Source: Nitrospirota bacterium
GTDB lineage: Bacteria > Nitrospirota > Thermodesulfovibrionia > Thermodesulfovibrionales > UBA1546
Length of the DNA: 40,337 nucleotides
NCBI GenBank assembly: GCA_016208875.1
Contig: JACQXD010000159.1
Location: forward strand, 1-40,337
Direction: 5' to 3'
Numbering within the stretch: position 1 is the first letter of the stretch; each line of letters begins with the position of its first letter. Shown here piece by piece: positions 18,649-29,066 of this stretch. The translations under genes and the position numbers were made by a program. The notes under the pieces are model-generated. The model saw nothing but the letters and a program-made list of their open reading frames with translations. It had not been told where the DNA came from and did no database searches.

Positions 18649-19310
18649 CAGCCTATCTCCTCGCCGACGAGGTTTCCGTTATCGAGCCTGAATACCTTTC
18701 TCCCTGTATTCCTGAAGGATTCCCTGTTATGTGTGGCGATAATGACCGTTGTCCCTTTTGCATTTATATCCTTGAACATCCGCGTAATCCCTGCAGCAGT
18801 GTCTGAGTCAAGATTTCCGGTAGGTTCATCGGCCAACAGGATTGTCGGCTCTCCTACAATTGCACGTGCAATAACAACTCTCTGCTGTTCTCCGCCTGAA
18901 AGTGTCTTCGGGAAACCATCGGTCTTATGTCTGAGATTCACTGTCTTTAATATCTCCATGACCCTTTCCTTTACTTCGTATTCCCCTATCCCTCGTATTC
19001 TCAGTGCCATGGCGACATTGTCAAACACATTTCTGTTGTCGAGGAGCCTGAAGTCCTGAAATACCACACCGATATTTCTTCTCAAAAACGGAATGCTCGA
19101 TTCTTTAATCTTGCCGAGTTCCCAATCCGCTATAGTTATACTGCCCTCATCAGGTTTTTCAGAAAGGTAGATAATTTTAAGGAGTGTTGATTTCCCTGCA
19201 CCGCTGGGCCCGGTAATAAAGGCCATATCCCCCTTTTCGACAGAGAAGGTTATATTTCTCAGCGCGGTCTGGTGATCATAAAACTTTGATACGTTCTCAA
19301 AATGTATCAT
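18648..19310 (-). CDS. ftsE: Cell division ATP-binding protein FtsE
   Basis: GPSGAGKST, VVFQDFRLL, LSGGEQQR, ADEPTGNLD. Confidence 0.95.
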   Translation of the reverse strand: MIHFENVSKFYDHQTALRNITFSVEKGDMAFITGPSGAGKSTLLKIIYLSEKPDEGSITIADWELGKIKESSIPFLRRNIGVVFQDFRLLDNRNVFDNVAMALRIRGIGEYEVKERVMEILKTVNLRHKTDGFPKTLSGGEQQRVVIARAIVGEPTILLADEPTGNLDSDTAAGITRMFKDINAKGTTVIIATHNRESFRNTGRKVFRLDNGNLVGEEIG

Positions 19311-19321
19311 CTAATAAATTT

Positions 19322-19384
19322 GTGTCTGTGTCAGTGATTAGTGTCAGTAAAAAAATACTGTCACCGGTTACTGTCACTGACACT
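19322..19384. repeat. Inverted pair of 6-bp arrays (CAGTGW / WCACTG)
   Basis: gtgtctgtgtcagtgattagtgtcagta ... tactgtcaccggttactgtcactgacact. Confidence 0.65.
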
Positions 19385-20420
19385 ATTTTATTGCCTCTTT
19401 TACAGTCCGTACAATATCGTCGGCTGTCAATCCGTATAATTTCATCAACCCCTCCGCAGGTCCGGAGCATCCGAAGGTATCTTTGATTCCGATCCTTTTC
19501 ACAGGAACCGGATAATTTTCAGTTAGTATCTCGCACACCGCTCCTCCAAGCCCTCCTATAATCGAATGTTCCTCTGCCGTAACGATAAGCCTCGATGCCT
19601 TTGCAGCCTTGATTACCGCATCATTGTCCAGTGGTTTAACCGTTGACATGTTGATTACCCCGGCATCTATCCCGTTTTCCTTGAGAATTTCCATCGCCTT
19701 TATCGCAACGGATACCATTATGCCGCAAGCAATAATATTTGCATCTTTACCAAGACTGAACGTATATGCCTTGCCTATACTGAATTTATAGTCTTCGGGC
19801 ATTATAACGGGGACCTTTACCCTTCCGAGCCTGACGTATACAGGGTAGTTGTAGTCTGCTATCGTCTCGATGACCTGTTTTGTCTCTATGCCGTCTGCAG
19901 GCACGATTACGGTCATATTGGGAAGCACCCTCATAAGGGCTATATCTTCGATCGCCTGATGTGAGGCACCGTCTTCTGCAACAGTGATCCCGCTGTGGGT
20001 GGCAACGAGCTTTACATTCAGATTCGAGTAGGAGACAGTCTGTCTTATCTGTTCCCATGCCCTTCCGGTTTCGAAAACGGCAAATGTAGAGGCAAAGGCC
20101 AGTTTTCCCGTGAGGGAAAGGCCGCTTGCAGTACCGATTAAATCCTGTTCCGAAATGCCCATATTATAAAACCTCTCCGGGAATACCTTTGCAAATGTGC
20201 CTGTCTTTGTAGATGCCGAAAGATCTGCATCGAGAACAACTACGTTATTTCTTTTTTTGCCGAGTTCGAGGAGTGCCTCTCCATAAGCATCCCTCGTTGC
20301 TACCAGTTGTGACGAGTCATAACTCCCCCTTCCCCCTCTTATCTTAAGAGGGGGATTAGAGGGGGCGTTATCCTTACTTGTCTCTTGTCTCTTGTCTCTT
20401 GTCTCTTCTTTCTCACCCAT
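19383..20420 (-). CDS. Transketolase C-terminal subunit with repeat-derived N-terminal extension
   Basis: ATRDAYG, DADLSAST, GISEQ, DGASHQ, EEHSIIGGLG; start ATG 20420 (or 20429) overlaps the end of the N-subunit gene. Confidence 0.92.
   Translation of the reverse strand: MGEKEETRDKRQETSKDNAPSNPPLKIRGGRGSYDSSQLVATRDAYGEALLELGKKRNNVVVLDADLSASTKTGTFAKVFPERFYNMGISEQDLIGTASGLSLTGKLAFASTFAVFETGRAWEQIRQTVSYSNLNVKLVATHSGITVAEDGASHQAIEDIALMRVLPNMTVIVPADGIETKQVIETIADYNYPVYVRLGRVKVPVIMPEDYKFSIGKAYTFSLGKDANIIACGIMVSVAIKAMEILKENGIDAGVINMSTVKPLDNDAVIKAAKASRLIVTAEEHSIIGGLGGAVCEILTENYPVPVKRIGIKDTFGCSGPAEGLMKLYGLTADDIVRTVKEAIK
20319..20407. repeat. C-run/G-run hairpin plus CTTGTCT x4 array, in frame in transketolase
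   Basis: ataactcccccttccccctcttatcttaagagggggattagagggggcgttat (20319-20371); cttgtct tandem at 20377-20407. Confidence 0.88.
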
Positions 20421-21252
20421 TATCTTCAAGCTCCCTTAGTGCCTTTTTAAGTTCTTCATGCGTAGGCGCCACGCCGTGATACTGGACCTTCCCTTCAAAG
20501 AAAGAGACGCCTTTACCTTTTACCGTGCGCGCAACTATGACCGTCGGTTTTCCCTTTATCGTTTCAGCCTCATCGAGGGCGTCGAGTATAGCTCCAATAT
20601 CATGCCCGTTTATATCTATCACATTCCAACCGAAGGCGATCCACTTATTTACAATAGGCTCTATCGTCATTACATCATGACAACATCCATCTATCTGAAG
20701 ACCGTTGTTATCTATAATTGCACACAGATTATCGAGACTATAATGTGACGCACTCATTGCAGCCTCCCATATTTGTCCTTCCTGGATCTCGCCGTCTCCG
20801 AGAAGGCAATAGACGCGTGAGTTTAAGCCATCCATCCTGAGCCCCAGCGCAATCCCGTTTGCAATAGAGAGTCCCTGTCCGAGAGAGCCTGTTGATATCT
20901 CGACTCCGGGAAGCAGTTTTGAGCACGGGTGTCCCTGCAGCGGGCTTCCGATCTTTCGCAATGTCCCGAGCAGCGATTTATCAAAATATCCCGAGAGTGA
21001 AAGTGCAGCGTACAACAATGGCGCCGCATGCCCTTTAGAGAGTATAAACCTATCTCTCTCTTTCCACAAAGGGTCTTTCGGGTTATGCCTCATTTTGTAA
21101 AAATATAGTGCCGTCACGACATCTGCTGCAGACAGCGAACCGCCTGTATGTCCTGAACCGGCTTCGGTAAGCATCTCCAATATCTCGATCCTTACCGTCT
21201 TTGCCTGCCTTCTCAGGAAGTTAATATCTCTTGAGACTGAAATAGGATTCAT
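20413..21252 (-). CDS. Transketolase N-terminal (TPP-binding) subunit
   Basis: SGHTGGSLS, DRFILSKGH, TGSLGQG, GDGE...N TPP motif. Confidence 0.95.
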   Translation of the reverse strand: MNPISVSRDINFLRRQAKTVRIEILEMLTEAGSGHTGGSLSAADVVTALYFYKMRHNPKDPLWKERDRFILSKGHAAPLLYAALSLSGYFDKSLLGTLRKIGSPLQGHPCSKLLPGVEISTGSLGQGLSIANGIALGLRMDGLNSRVYCLLGDGEIQEGQIWEAAMSASHYSLDNLCAIIDNNGLQIDGCCHDVMTIEPIVNKWIAFGWNVIDINGHDIGAILDALDEAETIKGKPTVIVARTVKGKGVSFFEGKVQYHGVAPTHEELKKALRELEDNG

Positions 21253-21647
21253 TTGCCTTTCCCCTTTTGCATTATATAATCCAGAAGAATATCGTCCAGT
21301 GTTTTATCTGCATCGGATTTTACGGCAGTTCCGGAAGCCTCTACGCCGGCAGCTATTTCTATTGCAGCCTTACCTTCATCCGTCTCCTCTTTTACCTCAC
21401 CGGTATGTTTCCCCGCTATCAATTCCTTCATCATTGCCTTTTGCTGCTCCTTCATCAGTTCTCTGACCTGTTTATTGATGTCGGGACTTCCGATAAGGCG
21501 GGAATAATCAGTCTTCTTGGAGGCGAGGATCGTACCTTTGAAATATAAGAGCGTAACTATAACAGGGTTTTTCAATCCGCTGTCCTCTGTCTGGACATGA
21601 TAAACCTTTCCCTTGTAGGTTATGTTATTGTTATAACCGACAAGCAT
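21249..21647 (-). CDS. Conserved hypothetical protein (GYNxNIxYKGKVYHVQTEDSG type)
   Basis: 132-aa ORF overlapping the transketolase start by 4 nt; N-terminal motif resembles uncharacterised deltaproteobacterial proteins. Confidence 0.75.
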   Translation of the reverse strand: MLVGYNNNITYKGKVYHVQTEDSGLKNPVIVTLLYFKGTILASKKTDYSRLIGSPDINKQVRELMKEQQKAMMKELIAGKHTGEVKEETDEGKAAIEIAAGVEASGTAVKSDADKTLDDILLDYIMQKGKGK

Positions 21648-21770
21648 AGCCCTGAAATATTTTCATAGAGTCTTGAATGCAGCAAATCCAGAGTTATTAT
21701 ATTACAGCAGTAACAAAAAAGGGAAGGGGCATCTGTGCCGGCAGCGATTTCATAACAAAAGCGGGTTTTG

Positions 21771-22580
21771 CTACTCCTTATATCCGACAATCGAGATACC
21801 GGCTTCATTCGCCTCTTTAATAATTTTTTCACGCTGGAGGAGGATGCTCTTATTTGCCTCAACAGCAAGTACCCGGGCATTGACCTCTATCATCGCCTTC
21901 ATAGTATTCACCCCAACTACAGGGACGTCGAATCGCATATCCTGCTTGGGTTTGCTCACCTTAACAATAACAGCACCTTCGCATGCAAGCCTTCCGCCTC
22001 TGAGAATTGCCTCGTCCGTTCCTTCTATTGCCTCGATTGCCATGACAGCCTGATCTTTGATTACAACAGTCTGCCCTATGTCCAGACGGCCGATCTCTTT
22101 TGCAATCTTCCATCCGAATGCCACGTCCTTCCATTCGTTTTCCGACAGGCTGTCTTCTGTGAGGAGACCTTCCGGTGTGAGAAGACCTGAACTGAAGTCG
22201 GTTGTATTAAGGAGTATTATGCCGTCCTTTTCGAGTTCTTTTGCTATTGCAAGCATTATGGAATCGTCACTGTGGTCTTTCAGGGTGAACAGGAGCTTAA
22301 CCGCCCTCAAATCGGGTATGATCTTGCTCTTGTAAAGAAGTGACTTTGGTACCTTCCCTGCCATTACAGCCTCTTTTACACCGCTCTTTTTGAGAGAGTC
22401 TATGATCTCGCCGAGCTTGCCGACGCTTATCCTCTTTATCCCGTCAACGTATTTATCGAGGTTCTTGTCTGCCAACGGCTCAAGGGCTACGGCTATTACT
22501 TTATATCCCTTATCCCTCGCTTCCGTTGCCACGACCTTCGGCAACTCGCCCATGCCTGCTATAAGACCAAGAGTCTTCAT
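21771..22580 (-). CDS. lpxI: UDP-2,3-diacylglucosamine pyrophosphatase LpxI
   Basis: GLIAGMGELP, DIGQTVV, EAIEGTD, KPKQDMRFDVP; follows lpxA. Confidence 0.93.
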   Translation of the reverse strand: MKTLGLIAGMGELPKVVATEARDKGYKVIAVALEPLADKNLDKYVDGIKRISVGKLGEIIDSLKKSGVKEAVMAGKVPKSLLYKSKIIPDLRAVKLLFTLKDHSDDSIMLAIAKELEKDGIILLNTTDFSSGLLTPEGLLTEDSLSENEWKDVAFGWKIAKEIGRLDIGQTVVIKDQAVMAIEAIEGTDEAILRGGRLACEGAVIVKVSKPKQDMRFDVPVVGVNTMKAMIEVNARVLAVEANKSILLQREKIIKEANEAGISIVGYKE

Positions 22581-22583
22581 AAA

Positions 22584-22610
22584 ATAGCTGATAGCTAATA
22601 GCTTATAGCT
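22584..22610. repeat. ATAGCTN heptamer array
   Basis: atagctg-atagcta-atagctt-atagct fills the lpxA-lpxI gap. Confidence 0.8.
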
Positions 22611-23388
22611 ACCGGCATATCCCTCTCTTATTCTTCTCTATGAATTCTACGAGATGCCTTATCTCTTTCGAATCAGGGAATTCCTTCTGCACCTTCTTAA
22701 GTGCTTCCTTTAAGGTATGTTTCTCCCTGAAAATTATCTTGTATGCCTTTTTAAGGTTATTTATTGTCGAATCGGGAAATCCCTGCCTCTTAAGACCAAT
22801 GGAATTAAGCCCGAAAAGTTTTGCCCTCGGTCCAGACGCCATTGTATAAGGTGGTATATCCTGACCCACGCCGCTGAACCCGCCTACCATGGAATATCCG
22901 CCTATCCTCGTAAACTGGTGCACTGCGACAATGCCTCCGATATATGCATAATCCTCAACCACCACGTGTCCTGCGAGGGTCGCAAGATTGGTCATGATTA
23001 CATTGTTCCCTATTTTGCAGTCATGGGCTATATGGACATAAGCCATAAGGAAGTTATTATTCCCGATCCCGGTTATACCGTCGCCGCCGACCGATCCCCT
23101 GTGGATAGTGACATATTCTCTTATAATGTTGTTGCTGCCGATCCTTACCCCGGTTTTTTCTCCTTTATACTTGAGGTCCTGTGGAGGAAGCCCGATGCCT
23201 GCAAAGGGATATATCTGGCAGTTCTCTCCGATTTCGGTATTCCCCTCTATAATAACGTTAGATGATAGTCTCACCCCTTTTTTTAATTTAACTCCTTCCC
23301 CCACGATGCAGAAAGGACCTATAAACACTCCTTCGTCAATGGACGCCTTGGGGTCTATAATAGCTGTTTTATGTATTTCTGTCTTCAT
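22609..23388 (-). CDS. lpxA: UDP-N-acetylglucosamine acyltransferase LpxA
   Basis: Hexapeptide repeats, PQDLKY, HIAHDC, VHQF. Confidence 0.96.
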   Translation of the reverse strand: MKTEIHKTAIIDPKASIDEGVFIGPFCIVGEGVKLKKGVRLSSNVIIEGNTEIGENCQIYPFAGIGLPPQDLKYKGEKTGVRIGSNNIIREYVTIHRGSVGGDGITGIGNNNFLMAYVHIAHDCKIGNNVIMTNLATLAGHVVVEDYAYIGGIVAVHQFTRIGGYSMVGGFSGVGQDIPPYTMASGPRAKLFGLNSIGLKRQGFPDSTINNLKKAYKIIFREKHTLKEALKKVQKEFPDSKEIRHLVEFIEKNKRGICR

Positions 23389-23825
23389 CTTTGCTCCTTC
23401 GCATCTGTGACAACCATTGCAGTGAATTCGGATTCCGTTGCAACTTTATCATCTACCGTACCGATACCCGAAAATCTCCATACATTACCTCGCTGTTGAA
23501 GCACCTTCACCTCAAGCCTCAATTGATCTCCGGGCACAACAGGTTTCCTGAACTTTGACTTTTCTATACTCATAAAATAGACGGCGCTACCCTTGACCCC
23601 CGAACCGAATGCAAGCACGCCTGCAACCTGTGCCAATGCCTCTACCACTAAAACCCCGGGCATTATCGGGTTACCGGGGAAATGTCCCTGAAAGAAAGGT
23701 TCGTTTATCGTAACATTTTTGATCCCTACCGCCTCTATATTCGGCTCCAGTTTGATGATCCTGTCAACCATAAGAAAAGGGTATCTGTGCGGGATTAAAT
23801 TCTGTATACCTTTAACGTCTATCAT
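23385..23825 (-). CDS. fabZ: 3-hydroxyacyl-ACP dehydratase FabZ
   Basis: [26 protein letters not shown]. Confidence 0.96.
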   Translation of the reverse strand: MIDVKGIQNLIPHRYPFLMVDRIIKLEPNIEAVGIKNVTINEPFFQGHFPGNPIMPGVLVVEALAQVAGVLAFGSGVKGSAVYFMSIEKSKFRKPVVPGDQLRLEVKVLQQRGNVWRFSGIGTVDDKVATESEFTAMVVTDAKEQR

Positions 23826-24843
23826 TTTTTTCTCTCCTTTCGAAAGTTTCTATCTTTTCTTCAAGTTCCTTTATCTTTTTATTGAGTTCCGGCAGTTTTG
23901 CAAATATCGCGACCGCCTTGAGCCAGTCCCTATGAGGAATGACAGGAGAGCCTGAATAAACTCCTTTTTTAAGATGTCCCATTATTCCGGATTGAGCTCC
24001 TATCATACAGCCGTCATCTAACCTTGCATGGTCGGCAATACCTACCTGACCTCCTATTAGAACATAACTTCCTATTTTAGTGCTCCCTCCGACTCCAACC
24101 TGTGAAACGATGATAGAATTCTCCCCTATCTTCACATTGTGGGCGATCTGGACAAGATTGTCTATTTTTGTGCCTTTACCGATAACTGTGTTGTCTGTAG
24201 TCGCCCTATCAACCGTAACATTTGCGCCAATCTCAACGTCATCCCCGATTATAACGCCGCCTATCTGAGGGATCTTATAATGGATTCCTTTCTCCAATAC
24301 ATAACCGAATCCGTCCGAACCTATCACCGAGCCGGAATGTATTATAACCCTGCTGCCGATCTTTATATCTTCCCGGATCGTTACATTCGGATATATTATG
24401 CACCCGTTTCCAATCACCGAGTTCTCTCCTATAAATACACCGGGATGGATCACGGTATTATCCCCGATAGAGACATTGTCTGCGACAAAGGCAAGGGGAT
24501 GAATCGAGACATCTTTTCCCGGTCTTGCCTTATCGGATACATATGCCTTATCGCTTATACCGGACGGCACGAGAGGCTTAACATAAAAATGCTCCAGAAG
24601 TTTTGCAAAGGCGTATTGCGGATTCGGGACCTTGACCTGCGGCTTTTTTATATCCGATATAAAGTCTTTTACTATTACGCAAGCAGCCCTGCTTTCCGAA
24701 CATTCCCTTACAAGCTTTATACCCGACAGGAATGTTATATCGCCCTCCGACACCTCGGATATACCTGCAACCCCTCTTATCTCCGTCTCCGGGTCACCGG
24801 CTATCTCTCCATGAATCAGCTCCGCAATCTCTTTTAATTTCAT
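23812..24843 (-). CDS. lpxD: UDP-3-O-acylglucosamine N-acyltransferase LpxD
   Basis: [26 protein letters not shown]. Confidence 0.96.
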   Translation of the reverse strand: MKLKEIAELIHGEIAGDPETEIRGVAGISEVSEGDITFLSGIKLVRECSESRAACVIVKDFISDIKKPQVKVPNPQYAFAKLLEHFYVKPLVPSGISDKAYVSDKARPGKDVSIHPLAFVADNVSIGDNTVIHPGVFIGENSVIGNGCIIYPNVTIREDIKIGSRVIIHSGSVIGSDGFGYVLEKGIHYKIPQIGGVIIGDDVEIGANVTVDRATTDNTVIGKGTKIDNLVQIAHNVKIGENSIIVSQVGVGGSTKIGSYVLIGGQVGIADHARLDDGCMIGAQSGIMGHLKKGVYSGSPVIPHRDWLKAVAIFAKLPELNKKIKELEEKIETFERREKNDRR

Positions 24844-24919
24844 CTATTCCCCTGATTCAAATCTCCTTGAGCTTTTTCTGCTGAGATATTATACTATAAA
24901 TCTTTAATCCATTTTGGAG

Positions 24920-25960
24920 ATGAAATTGGCAAAAAAGATTGTTATAGGCACGCGAGGAAGCAAACTTGCGTTATGGCAGGCCGAATGGGTCAAGGCAGAA
25001 CTTTTAAAACTCGATCCGGATTTAAGTATCGAATTAAATAAGATAAAGACAACCGGTGACAAAATTCTTGATGTCCCGCTTGCAAAGGTCGGTGGTAAGG
25101 GGCTTTTCGTTAAGGAGTTAGAAGAGGCAATGCTCAGAGGTGAGGCAGACCTTGCCGTTCACAGCATGAAGGATGTGCCAACCGACTTTCCCGTGGGACT
25201 TCATCTGGCAGTAATATGTAAGAGGGAAGATCCGAGGGATGCATTCATTTCACAAATTCAAAATTCAAAGTTCAAAGTTCAAAATTTTAGAAGCCTTCCC
25301 CAATATGCGACCGTTGGGACAAGCAGCTTAAGGCGTTCCTGTCAGCTTTTAAATATTAGGCCGGATTTAAAGATTGAGCAGCTCAGAGGTAATCTTGACA
25401 CGAGATTGAGAAAACTCGACGAAGGACAGTTCGATGCGATAATACTCGCTGCTGCCGGCGTCAAGAGACTCGGATGGGAGAAAAGGATTACCGAGATCAT
25501 AGAACCTGGAATAAGCCTTCCGGCAATAGGTCAGGGTGCTATCGGAATAGAATGCAGGGTTGATGATAAATTTGTTAATAACCTTATTGCACCATTGAAT
25601 CATATAGAGACGTCTATATGCGTCAGGGCGGAAAGGGCATGCCTTAAAAAACTCGAGGGAGGCTGTCAGGTCCCGATCGCCGCACATGCACGATTAATCA
25701 GCTATCAGCAGTCAGCCATTAGCAGTCAGAAAAATTCCGCAATCCGCAATCCGCAATCCGAATTATTAGTTATGGATGGCCTTGTCGGAAGTGTCTTGGG
25801 TGATAAGATTATTAAGGCTCATATCGAGGGGAATCCGGAAGACGCGGAATCCATTGGACTTAAACTCGCCGAAGACCTTCTTTCCAAGGGCGCAAAAGAA
25901 ATACTCGATGAAGTTTATGGCAAAGGCATACGGCCCGTTAACGGTGAGATAGCGAGTTAG
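24920..25960 (+). CDS. hemC: Hydroxymethylbilane synthase HemC with two repeat-derived insertions
   Basis: [42 protein letters not shown]; start ATG 24920 or TTG 24926. Confidence 0.96.
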   Translation: MKLAKKIVIGTRGSKLALWQAEWVKAELLKLDPDLSIELNKIKTTGDKILDVPLAKVGGKGLFVKELEEAMLRGEADLAVHSMKDVPTDFPVGLHLAVICKREDPRDAFISQIQNSKFKVQNFRSLPQYATVGTSSLRRSCQLLNIRPDLKIEQLRGNLDTRLRKLDEGQFDAIILAAAGVKRLGWEKRITEIIEPGISLPAIGQGAIGIECRVDDKFVNNLIAPLNHIETSICVRAERACLKKLEGGCQVPIAAHARLISYQQSAISSQKNSAIRNPQSELLVMDGLVGSVLGDKIIKAHIEGNPEDAESIGLKLAEDLLSKGAKEILDEVYGKGIRPVNGEIAS

Positions 25961-25971
25961 CCGGTTGGTTC

Positions 25972-26877
25972 TCAGTGAGAATGGCCTGCATGTCTATCGT
26001 CACTACGAATCCGGCAATAAAGTTCGTTGCCCCCGCATTCTGCACATTCTATCTGTATCACCGAGTGTTTAATGCCGAGATGTAAGAGTCTGTGTTCGAT
26101 CTCTTTTCTAATCGAATCGGCCTCACTTATCTTCCGGTCGGGAATCTGCACGTGTGCAGAGAAGGCAGGGATCCCGTGTCCTATCGACCAAACATGAACA
26201 TCATGTACGCACGTTATTCCCGGAATTTCAGAGATTAATGTTGAAATTTCTTCCGGATGAAATCCTATCGGACTTAACTCAAGAAATATCCAGAACGCCT
26301 CCTTTATAACACGGGTTCCACCTACTATTACAATAATACCCACAAATCCACTCGCTATCGGATCAACAAGTACCCAGCCTGTAAATTTTATTGTTATCCC
26401 GGCGATAATTACTCCAGCCGACGAAATAGTATCGCCCAGCACATGAAGCCATGCACTTTTTATATTTAAATCCTTATGCCCTCTGCTGAGAATCGAGGTC
26501 ATAATAAGATTGCCTGCAAGACCCGCGGAGGCTACGATCAACATTAATGAAGAGTTAATCTCAGGAGGTGCAAGAAAACGCTTATATGCCTCTATGAAGA
26601 TAAAAACGGCAATGACTACAAGACTGACTCCGTTTATAAGGGCAGCAAGTAAACCTATTCTCTGGTATCCGTAGGTTGCCCTGTAGTCGGAGGGTCTTCT
26701 CATTATCAAAGCCGCAGTAAGGCTCAATCCCAATGCAAAGGCATCGGTCAGCACATGGCCTGCATCGCTTAGAAGGGCAAGACTATTGCTTATTATCCCG
26801 CCGATTACCTCTCCGATAAGAATCAGCAGCGTTACAGTCAAACTCCATAACAGTCTTTTTATCGAAGATGCTTCCAT
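25972..26877 (-). CDS. Cation diffusion facilitator (CzcD/ZitB-like)
   Basis: SLALLSDAGHVLTD, TYGYQR, AWLHVLGD, HDVHVW. Confidence 0.92.
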   Translation of the reverse strand: MEASSIKRLLWSLTVTLLILIGEVIGGIISNSLALLSDAGHVLTDAFALGLSLTAALIMRRPSDYRATYGYQRIGLLAALINGVSLVVIAVFIFIEAYKRFLAPPEINSSLMLIVASAGLAGNLIMTSILSRGHKDLNIKSAWLHVLGDTISSAGVIIAGITIKFTGWVLVDPIASGFVGIIVIVGGTRVIKEAFWIFLELSPIGFHPEEISTLISEIPGITCVHDVHVWSIGHGIPAFSAHVQIPDRKISEADSIRKEIEHRLLHLGIKHSVIQIECAECGGNELYCRIRSDDRHAGHSH

Positions 26878-27105
26878 ATTATCTGCTCCTTCTTTTACTT
26901 TAACCTAAATCGGGCGATTTTACTAAAATCCCCTACCAATCCATTTAAAAAGGTAACTTTGTAGAGCCCTTCCCCTTGTGTTATTATATTTTCTATAAAT
27001 GATGCACATCTGTCCAAAATAAAATTTAGCTTCTTCAGGGTTTAGTGTGGGTATAATAGTGTGCAGATATAATAAAGTCTCCCTCTGGCAAAGATATACT
27101 CTTGT

Positions 27106-27344
27106 CCCCCCTTTGGCAAAGGGGGGTGAGGGGGGATTTTAAGAACAGATGCTTTCTTATGATAAAGAAGAAGAGGGAAGAACAAAAGATGGGCGGAGAG
27201 ATGAGTTTATGAGAAGCATTGGATTACGGGTTTTGAGATTTTCTGACAGAGAAGTTTTTGAAAACATAGAAGGCGTAATTAAAAGATAGGGGGAAATTTA
27301 TGATTTATAAAATCTCCCCTAACCCCTCTTTTCCAAAGAGGCGG
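27106..27344 (+). mobile_element. Inverted hairpin doublet enclosing a DUF559-like remnant
   Basis: Left unit CCCCCCTTTGGCAAAGGGGGGTGAGGGGGGATTTT (27106-27140) and right unit ATAAAATCTCCCCTAACCCCTCTTTTCCAAAGAGG (27307-27341); same unit family as 17652-17738. Confidence 0.65.
27149..27289 (+). pseudogene. Internally deleted DUF559 (Vsr-like) endonuclease
   Basis: MLSYDK joined to EEEGRTKDGRRDEFMRSIGLRVLRFSDREVFENIEGVIKR*; DxxRDxxxxxxGLRVLRF is the DUF559 C-terminus, while the catalytic middle (IVDF/IELDG) is missing. Confidence 0.75.
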
Positions 27345-27375
27345 ATCCACAGGAAAGCCAGTAGAACCAAAATTT

Positions 27376-28356
27376 ATGAAATTCTTTGATTCATATATGG
27401 GCATGTTCATTGCCCAGTCAGTTCTTCATTCCCTCATAGCTGCAATAATCGTCGACAGGGCAATTCAGATATGGGGGATCGGCGATCCTCTGGTAAAACA
27501 GAGGTTTTGCCTAATTGTCATCCTGTTTCCCATCTTTTCTTTCCATGGGTATCAGATGATAAATCCAGAGAGGGGGGCGATATCTTTCAGATTAAATGCG
27601 ATCTTTGATATCAACAGATGGCTTAAGCTGGAGTTTTGGAATATCCCTCTGGGTCTGCTGTTCATTTTGATTTTATCCGGTACCACCCTTATCTTTTTTT
27701 TTCAAGAGATGATCCCCATACTCAGGCATACCTTTGAATCAAAGGAACACGCATTCCATGAAAAAAAGGCCGATGACTATCCTCCTATAAGCGATGCACT
27801 AAGAGGCCTGTCCGTAGAGAAGCCGGAAACCTTTATTATAGAGGATAGGGATCGTATATTATTTTCCATAATGGGAGAAAGACCTGCAATATTTTTATCC
27901 ACCGGACTTGTAGAAATATTGAACAGCGAGGAAATAGTGACGGCAATTGCCCATGAGATTGCACATATCAGGAGGAACAAGCGACCGATACTCGTTATTG
28001 TTTTTATACTGAGGGTGCTGATGTTTTTTAATCCTGTAGTTCTTTTGGAGTTCAGACGGGCAGTTCAGGAGGAAGAAAAAATATGCGATGATATGGCTGT
28101 CTCTTTAACGCAGAAACCCCATGTACTGGCCGAAACCCTGAGAAAACTTTATTATGAAGTGAAAGATTTTAACCCCCTAAAGAATGGTAATCTTTCTAAT
28201 TTAAAGGATTCTCTTGAGGAATACAGCCACAATATCCATATAATGAACAGGATTATAAGACTTGAACAGGGATCGGTATCCGGGAATGGCGGTGAATGGA
28301 TGAAATTTATACTTACGCTTGCGGTCATCGTAGTAATAAACTATTTTGTCGTATAA
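27376..28356 (+). CDS. Membrane zinc metallopeptidase (M56/M48, BlaR1-like)
   Basis: N-terminal TM helices, IAHEIAH, FFNP, EEKICDD. Confidence 0.8.
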   Translation: MKFFDSYMGMFIAQSVLHSLIAAIIVDRAIQIWGIGDPLVKQRFCLIVILFPIFSFHGYQMINPERGAISFRLNAIFDINRWLKLEFWNIPLGLLFILILSGTTLIFFFQEMIPILRHTFESKEHAFHEKKADDYPPISDALRGLSVEKPETFIIEDRDRILFSIMGERPAIFLSTGLVEILNSEEIVTAIAHEIAHIRRNKRPILVIVFILRVLMFFNPVVLLEFRRAVQEEEKICDDMAVSLTQKPHVLAETLRKLYYEVKDFNPLKNGNLSNLKDSLEEYSHNIHIMNRIIRLEQGSVSGNGGEWMKFILTLAVIVVINYFVV

Positions 28357-28368
28357 TGAGGAAAAAGA

Positions 28369-28899
28369 ATGCGTAAAAATTTTCTAAATTTTATTTTTTT
28401 CGGGATAACCATTACAATCTTGATTACAACGTTAAAGGTTCTTAATTGGTTGCCTACGGTATTTCATGAAGGCGCTATGAGAAAATACGATAATATCGAA
28501 GAAGTAAGGGTAAAGTTAAGGATTAAAGAAGTATATATCCCGTCTTATTTTCCTCAAAGCATAAAATGGCCTCCATCCGATATATTCGCACAAGCTAAAC
28601 CTTTTACCGCTATCGTAATGGAATTTAAAAATGCGGCAAAGGGAGATACCACACTCATAATATCCCAGGTTACCGCCGGTTCTAATTTTATTTACGATAG
28701 AAAAATAAAGATGCTGCAGACGAGGGAAAGGATAAACTATCCGTTAAAAGGCAGAAATGCATCTTTAGAGGTTGGGGTATGCGTGAATGATGAGCCGTGC
28801 AGCCGGATTTCATGGGATGAAGGGGAATACAGGATAAATGCCGTAATGAAATCAACCCCTATCGACTTGCTGAAGATCGCAGAAAGTATGCTTCATTAA
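28369..28899 (+). CDS. Hypothetical membrane-anchored protein
   Basis: 176-aa ORF with GAGGA RBS and N-terminal hydrophobic segment. Confidence 0.7.
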   Translation: MRKNFLNFIFFGITITILITTLKVLNWLPTVFHEGAMRKYDNIEEVRVKLRIKEVYIPSYFPQSIKWPPSDIFAQAKPFTAIVMEFKNAAKGDTTLIISQVTAGSNFIYDRKIKMLQTRERINYPLKGRNASLEVGVCVNDEPCSRISWDEGEYRINAVMKSTPIDLLKIAESMLH

Positions 28900-28926
28900 C
28901 CTGCTTTTTTCAAAACAATTACTGAG

Positions 28927-29066
28927 ATAGACAGGATATAGTACCTTCGCTCATTCTCAGTCGCCTGAAGCGACCTCCGAGGCTTTTGCCTCTTGATTTT
29001 ATATTATAAAAACACCCTGTCGGACTATCGGCAAAAAAATCCGCTCTGATACTATATCCTGTCTAT
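28927..29066. mobile_element. MITE-like 140-bp segment bounded by a perfect 17-bp inverted repeat
   Basis: ATAGACAGGATATAGTA (28927-28943) and TACTATATCCTGTCTAT (29050-29066); internal hairpins GTCGC-ctgaa-GCGAC and GAGGC-tttt-GCCTC. Confidence 0.5.
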
